Shown piece by piece: positions 59,690 through 64,000 of a DNA stretch of 64,000 nucleotides; position 1 is the stretch's first letter, and each line of letters begins with the position of its first letter. The stretch comes from Pseudomonadota bacterium. GTDB taxonomy: Bacteria > Desulfobacterota > Desulfobacteria > Desulfobacterales > RPRI01. A program made the translations under genes and the position numbers. The stretch is taken from positions 1 to 64,000 of the forward strand of contig JBDRRF010000084.1 of the NCBI GenBank assembly GCA_043825875.1. The letters run 5' to 3'. The notes below the pieces were generated by a model that saw nothing but the letters and a program-made list of their open reading frames with translations, had not been told where the DNA came from and did not search any database.

Positions 59690-59831
59690 GAGCCAGTTTC
59701 AAAACGTCCCATTATGGCCGATCTCTGCGTTGGGTTAAAATTTTAATCCTCGAAATACTCCATGTATTCCTGCGGTTAAAATTTTAACCCGCCTTGACCT
59801 TGACCAAACTGAAACGTTTTGAAAGTGGCTC
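59690..59831 (+). mobile_element. MITE copy 7
   Basis: 142 bp; ATTG direct repeat (59686-59689 / 59832-59835); empty site seen at 62258-62261. Confidence 0.95.
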
Positions 59832-59898
59832 ATTGTACTGCTTACATGTAATTCATAAAAATTAATTTATAAAAAGTTGCCAGTTAGGATTAATTATT

Positions 59899-60582
59899 TT
59901 GAAATTACAATCCGAAGATAAAGAAATTAAGGTATTTATTTCGAACCGGGAGTCGAAGTGTGATGAGTGTGGTGAAGAACTTGGCACCAATGCCTGGATT
60001 ACGCTTGCCGGAGATAAAGGCGCCCTGTGTCTGACTTGCGCCGATCTGGACCATCTTCATTTTCTACCTTCCGGTAATGCGGCTTTGACCAGACGTGCCC
60101 GCAAGCATTCGACCCTTTGGGCAATTGTGCTGAAATGGAGCCGTTCCCGAAAGCGATATGAGCGTCAAGGGTTGATGGTTGAAATGCAGGCGCTGGAAAA
60201 AGCGGAAGAAGAATGTCTGGCCGATGAAGATATAAGGGAATGCCGCCGGGAGCGAGAAGCTATTCGCAGAAAGGAATTGGACCGCCGGTATGTAGAAGAG
60301 TTTGCTGCGCAGGTAAGAAAACTTTTTCCGAGCTGTCCCGCCAAAAGAGAAATAGAAATAGCTGAGCATGCCTGCCGCAAATATAGCGGTCGAATCGGAC
60401 GTTCCGCCTTTGCAAAAGCATTGGATGATAAAGCTATACATCTTGCAGTAATCGCTCACATCCGCCATAGGGAAACAAAATACGATGAGCTTTTAGCGAT
60501 GGGCTACGAGAGATGGGAAGCGCGTAGTAAAGTGGAAAATGCGGTTTACGATGTTTTGCGGAAGTGGGAAATATCGAAGTAA
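59899..60582 (+). CDS. DUF2293-like protein with N-terminal zinc-binding motif
   Basis: CDEC/CLTC, LPSGNAALTRRA, RYERQG, SGRIGRS, AHIRHRETKYDELL. Confidence 0.8.
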   Translation: MKLQSEDKEIKVFISNRESKCDECGEELGTNAWITLAGDKGALCLTCADLDHLHFLPSGNAALTRRARKHSTLWAIVLKWSRSRKRYERQGLMVEMQALEKAEEECLADEDIRECRREREAIRRKELDRRYVEEFAAQVRKLFPSCPAKREIEIAEHACRKYSGRIGRSAFAKALDDKAIHLAVIAHIRHRETKYDELLAMGYERWEARSKVENAVYDVLRKWEISK

Positions 60583-60602
60583 TTTTATTGGACACTATCA
60601 TT

Positions 60603-60681
60603 TTCTAACAGAGGTTTAACCCCGGGCAAAGAGCAGATCACCAAACGGCGATGGGTTGTACGGTAAATACACAAGTTATAA
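60603..60681 (-). mobile_element. attC-like integron cassette recombination site 1
   Basis: Minus strand TTATAAC-N5-TATTTACC ... GGTTAAA-N5-GTTAGAA, 79 bp, 15 nt after a stop codon; internal ATCGCC/GGTGAT stem. Confidence 0.55.
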
Positions 60682-60696
60682 ACTAAATAGCTGATA

Positions 60697-61104
60697 TTAA
60701 GTGATTTTGCTTATTCTAAGTTTGAGAATGTCTTTGATTCCCAATGGAAATATTGACTGATTTAAGATCTCTAAAGCTTCTTCCAACATTGTTGGGTCAT
60801 CAATCCGCTGTAAGGTTCTTGCACCTTTATGCACTCCGATCTTCCCATCGACAGCAGACTGTAGGCGGTTGGTTATGTTGGTAGAGAGTCCTGAATGTTT
60901 GGACCATTCAATCACCTTTTCAAAGAAAAAGAAGTGGAATTTTTCTATCTCATTATTTTCGTCTATCCATAGAAATACATACAATTCAGTATTGAGTTCT
61001 TCACTAATGAAACTCAATTTCTTTAATCTGTTTGCATCATGGGTTACAGCCCTTTTCGAGGACAATTGGTAGAAGTGGTATTTGAAAACCGGCTCTGCAT
61101 TCAT
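60697..61104 (-). CDS. Hypothetical protein (probable gene cassette)
   Basis: 135-aa ORF bounded by attC-like core sites GTTATAA and TTATAAC. Confidence 0.6.
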   Translation of the reverse strand: MNAEPVFKYHFYQLSSKRAVTHDANRLKKLSFISEELNTELYVFLWIDENNEIEKFHFFFFEKVIEWSKHSGLSTNITNRLQSAVDGKIGVHKGARTLQRIDDPTMLEEALEILNQSIFPLGIKDILKLRISKIT

Positions 61105-61140
61105 ATTATTTCCACAATCAAAAATAGACAGAATTTATAT

Positions 61141-61269
61141 TTATAACGATAAGTTAAGCCCATGGCAAGTGGAGCCTGGTTGATAATGGCAAGGCAATAA
61201 AGAAGTCAATATATTGATATGTTTAAAGCCGCCTGGCTCTGTCCGTCAATCTTCAACGTCTCGTTTAGC
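61141..61269 (-). mobile_element. attC-like integron cassette recombination site 2
   Basis: Minus strand GCTAAAC-N5-GTTGAAG ... GCTTAAC-N5-GTTATAA, 129 bp; GTT(G)AAG pairs with CTTAAC leaving an extrahelical G. Confidence 0.6.
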
Positions 61270-61485
61270 AGATCGTTCCCTGGACTCTCTAACCCCCGCA
61301 AGAATGTCTTTTGTAGTTGCTTTGGTTTGGATTCCTGGCACGTCAAATGGTGATTTTTTACTTTTCTTAAAAATTATTGAGAAGGTTTCACCTCCTCTCC
61401 TTTTAATTACAACCTCTTCATTTCTTGCGATATTGAGCACATCGGAAAGACGTTGTCTCGCTTCAGAATATGTATATACTTTCAT
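61246..61485 (-). CDS. Phd/YefM-family antitoxin
   Basis: YTYSEARQRLSDVLNIA..EEVVIKRRG pattern; downstream of PIN toxin. Confidence 0.8.
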   Translation of the reverse strand: MKVYTYSEARQRLSDVLNIARNEEVVIKRRGGETFSIIFKKSKKSPFDVPGIQTKATTKDILAGVRESRERSAKRDVED

Positions 61486-61491
61486 AATATC

Positions 61492-61881
61492 TTACTCCAA
61501 AATTGTAATTCCCATCTCCCGCGCCACCTTTTGCATTCGAAGATCAAGCGTAAGCAGCGGACTTCGGAGGTTTTTAGCGCATTCTAAAAAATAAGCATCG
61601 TATGCATACAGGTTATATTTAATCGCGATGCCTAATGCCGATTTGATGTTGGTATGCCTCAGATCAACCAGTATATGTTGAACAATCTCCCATGCTGATT
61701 CGACCTCCTCCTTTTTTAAGGCGTTTTTTTTCATCATCGCTGTTAATGCGTTCCCAATTTCAAACGGCAAAACATTAGGAGCAATTAAATCATGGCCTTC
61801 GGTAAGCCTTATAATTTTATCCTTTTCGGGCTCATTTAAGGCAACGGCTATAAATGTATTTGTATCAGCGGTTATTTTCAT
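61492..61881 (-). CDS. vapC: VapC-family PIN-domain toxin
   Basis: ADTN, FEIGNAL, YAYDAYFL, LLTLD; start placed at ATG 61881 just after promoter. Confidence 0.88.
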   Translation of the reverse strand: MKITADTNTFIAVALNEPEKDKIIRLTEGHDLIAPNVLPFEIGNALTAMMKKNALKKEEVESAWEIVQHILVDLRHTNIKSALGIAIKYNLYAYDAYFLECAKNLRSPLLTLDLRMQKVAREMGITILE

Positions 61882-61883
61882 GG

Positions 61884-61917
61884 GTACAATTGTACGTATT
61901 GTGTTTTGATTTGTCAA
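61884..61917 (-). promoter_or_regulatory. Sigma-70 promoter with overlapping palindromic operator for the TA pair
   Basis: TTGACA-17 nt-TACAAT; palindrome GTACAATTGTAC (61884-61895); ATG 7 nt after the -10. Confidence 0.75.
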
Positions 61918-61980
61918 GCCGATATTTGTCACCTTATAAATTATGGCCCTGCCCGTTTATATTTGAATATAAGGTGGCGG

Positions 61981-62269
61981 TCAATGAATCGGGCATAGCA
62001 TATTTTATTACCCGCAATACAGGTAAAGGTGTTAGCGAAGAAGAGTTTATCAGTAAAGTTGAGTGCGCGCTTGGGACCGGCACGCACAATCGCATAGAAC
62101 TAAAATGCAGTAACGGAAATCTGGTTGATGTGTACATAACCTTGCCGGTTGATATTACTCCCGGCGAAAGTCTGGGTGAACTAATGGGGCAGGGGGATAG
62201 CCGGTATAAATCAAATTGCGGCGGCTGCTTTCATATAGACCTGATAGGTTTTCAATAATTGTACTGCTT
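61981..62269 (+). pseudogene. Diverged duplicate of the RNase T2 3' end and downstream flank
   Basis: Colinear with 59409-59689 (constant offset 2572), scattered substitutions, lacks catalytic motifs and lacks the MITE. Confidence 0.9.
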
Positions 62270-62347
62270 GCATTATGCATCGCCAGCGCCGCCAATAAAC
62301 TTTTCCCGAATGGTCCCCAATTTCTATCTGCCTGGTGAATGGAACTA

Positions 62348-62656
62348 TTATGCAGCTTGATATGTTTTTACTTCTTCTGGTATACGATCAGCAAGACGGT
62401 CTTCTTCAATATCCAGGTCGTAATCCATTTGCAGACCAAGCCAGAACTGTGGAGACATTTTAAAATAATGTGCCAGGCGGAGTGCGGTTTCAGCAGTTAT
62501 TCTTCTTCTACAATTGACAATTTCATTTATACGGCGGGGTGACACACCTATATCCCTGGCAATTTTATTTTGACTAAGTTGCATAGGTGTCAAGAACTCC
62601 TCCAGCAGGATTTCTCCTGGGTGTATTGGGTTTAATTTTTTCATTTTCATAATCAC
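62348..62656 (-). CDS. higA: HigA-family antitoxin (no higB upstream)
   Basis: PIHPGEILLEEFL, RINEIV..RR.ITAETALRL..YF..SPQFWLGLQ. Confidence 0.92.
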   Translation of the reverse strand: MIMKMKKLNPIHPGEILLEEFLTPMQLSQNKIARDIGVSPRRINEIVNCRRRITAETALRLAHYFKMSPQFWLGLQMDYDLDIEEDRLADRIPEEVKTYQAA

Positions 62657-62984
62657 CTAAAACTTATTAAGTTTTTATTGTCGGCTGTGGGCGCATTTAT
62701 AGTGCTTGCATGTCTGCTGTGGATAGTAATCAAATTATGGTGGTTCATTCTCGCTATAGAGGCACTTTTTATTGCTTATAAGCTCACTTGCGAAGCCAAG
62801 GAGGAAGAAACAACATCCGAACAGCCTAAAGGAAAAGACTGAGAAATCCTATCGGTCTTTTACAAACGATTTTTATTTCGCAACTCTGGTATTTCACAAA
62901 AATATATATTCTACCTATACGCTCCTCTCTTTTCTAAGCTGATATTAGCTGTAAAGCACAAAGAGAATATGATAAAAGCCAGCG

Positions 62985-64000
62985 CTATTGTTCGCGCGCC
63001 CAGTAATAAATACTTGTTGGCTTGTCTTTCATTGAAAACTCAATGTATAGTTTTTCGCTACCGGTTATACGATATCTTGCATATTTTTGGGTTGATGATG
63101 CTCGCCAAACTCTTTCTCCATTAAAATTATCTTTTGCTTTAAATTCGTTTAAAGAAAGATAATAAATCATTGATCCAGTTGGTATAGTGCAAACAGGTGC
63201 CCATTTTCCTCTTTCTGTGAGTTCTACTTTTTTTGCCGAGCCAAATTCAGCTTCGTATTTCTTTACTGTATCTAAAAATTGTTCCTGTATAAGTTGTTCT
63301 TGTTTAGCCAGAAGCTCGGCGCTGTATTGTTTATTGGATTGATTAGCTCTTTTCAGCTCTTCAATAGCTTGCTCTGTTGTCTTTGCCTGTTTACTAAGCT
63401 CATAATGGTAATCGGAATAAGCCTTTGTGATACTCTCTTTCTGGCTAAATTTAACGGCGCTATCAATACATATGGTTTTTAAGTCTGTGGATGCGTCTGT
63501 TTTATTTCCTGCCTGAAAATAATAATCGGCAATACTTTCTTTGATGTCAGGGTTTATAGAAGAGGAAGCCATAAAATAGTTTTCTGCTATTTTATGCTGA
63601 CCTTTTTCAAAAAGGGCTTTACCCTCTGCAACCAATTCCGTTCCAATATCATTTTTAAGAGCGGGTTGATATTGAACTGCTTGCCGATACAGCCCGATGG
63701 CACGGGACATATCACCTTTTGTTAAGGCTTGGGAACCAGCTTTTTTGTATTCGGGACCGATTTTATAGCCGTAATCCGACTTTAATTGTACGGCACTTGC
63801 GAAACGCTCATTAGCGCCTGAAAGATTGCCTGTATTGATATAGCAAACGCCAAGTTGAAAATGAGCGTTGGCATCTGCCGGTTTTTCCGCAATGCGTTTA
63901 TCTAAAAGTTCAATAGCCTGAGGATACATCCCTGCCGACATAAATTCTTTGGCTTTATCAGTAGTATCTGAACATCCGGTAAAAACAATTGAAAAAAATA
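62985..64000 (-). CDS. TPR-repeat lipoprotein (5' end beyond window edge)
   Basis: Frame open to the edge with FTGC lipobox-like segment; AHFQLGVCY TPR repeats. Confidence 0.75.
   Translation of the reverse strand, partial: FFSIVFTGCSDTTDKAKEFMSAGMYPQAIELLDKRIAEKPADANAHFQLGVCYINTGNLSGANERFASAVQLKSDYGYKIGPEYKKAGSQALTKGDMSRAIGLYRQAVQYQPALKNDIGTELVAEGKALFEKGQHKIAENYFMASSSINPDIKESIADYYFQAGNKTDASTDLKTICIDSAVKFSQKESITKAYSDYHYELSKQAKTTEQAIEELKRANQSNKQYSAELLAKQEQLIQEQFLDTVKKYEAEFGSAKKVELTERGKWAPVCTIPTGSMIYYLSLNEFKAKDNFNGERVWRASSTQKYARYRITGSEKLYIEFSMKDKPTSIYYWAREQ

Noticed and set aside
1..59831. Short ORFs sharing KFSPALSLTKLKRFESG or its reverse-frame equivalents (45-236, 4036-4221, 4218-4415, 15734 extension, 43704-43907, 48019-48321)
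   Set aside because: They are translations of the MITE, not a protein family
61854..62258. 134-aa ORF as a second RNase T2 gene
   Set aside because: Its N-terminus is antisense vapC/promoter sequence and it lacks both catalytic His motifs; treated as a partial duplication
1..64000. CRISPR array, tRNA, rRNA, integrase or transposase
   Set aside because: No regularly spaced repeat-spacer array, cloverleaf or recombinase motif was recognised; the dispersed repeats are MITEs

Overview
This is a low-GC bacterial window whose gene content points to an anaerobic sulfate-reducing Desulfobacterota (Desulfobacterales-like) chromosome; the taxonomy is inference. In order it holds: (1) 0-7 kb periplasmic and lipoprotein genes (YceI, metallophosphoesterase, msrA/msrB, CsgG-DUF4810-DUF799 trio) and a group II intron 3' remnant; (2) 7.3-16 kb an oxygen-defence cluster (rubrerythrin, desulfoferrodoxin, flavodoxin, cydAB, Isf-ArsC fusion, rubredoxin, FprA/Roo, ferredoxin, exported SOR-like protein); (3) 16.5-26 kb a decaying defence island with a type I RM system whose hsdR carries an in-frame stop, two DUF1016 genes, and fragments of RhuM, Fic and type III RM genes, many containing palindromes inside coding DNA; (4) queD, dnaJ and an MFS transporter; (5) 29-58 kb a large signalling and transport cluster with SulP, two TSUP/TauE transporter modules, two PEP-synthase-like proteins lacking the pyruvate-binding barrel, five histidine-kinase-type proteins, seven REC proteins and an NtrC-type activator, plus two sigma-54 promoters that share one upstream activator motif; (6) 58-64 kb a glycosylase, RNase T2, two attC-like sites with cassette-like genes including a TA pair, a partial RNase T2 duplication, an orphan higA and a TPR lipoprotein. 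Seven copies of a ~142-bp MITE are spread through the window. Four have a perfect 4-bp target duplication, and for one the empty site is preserved in the RNase T2 duplicate. No tRNA, rRNA, CRISPR array, transposase or integrase was recognised. All family calls come from reading motifs by eye, not from database searches.
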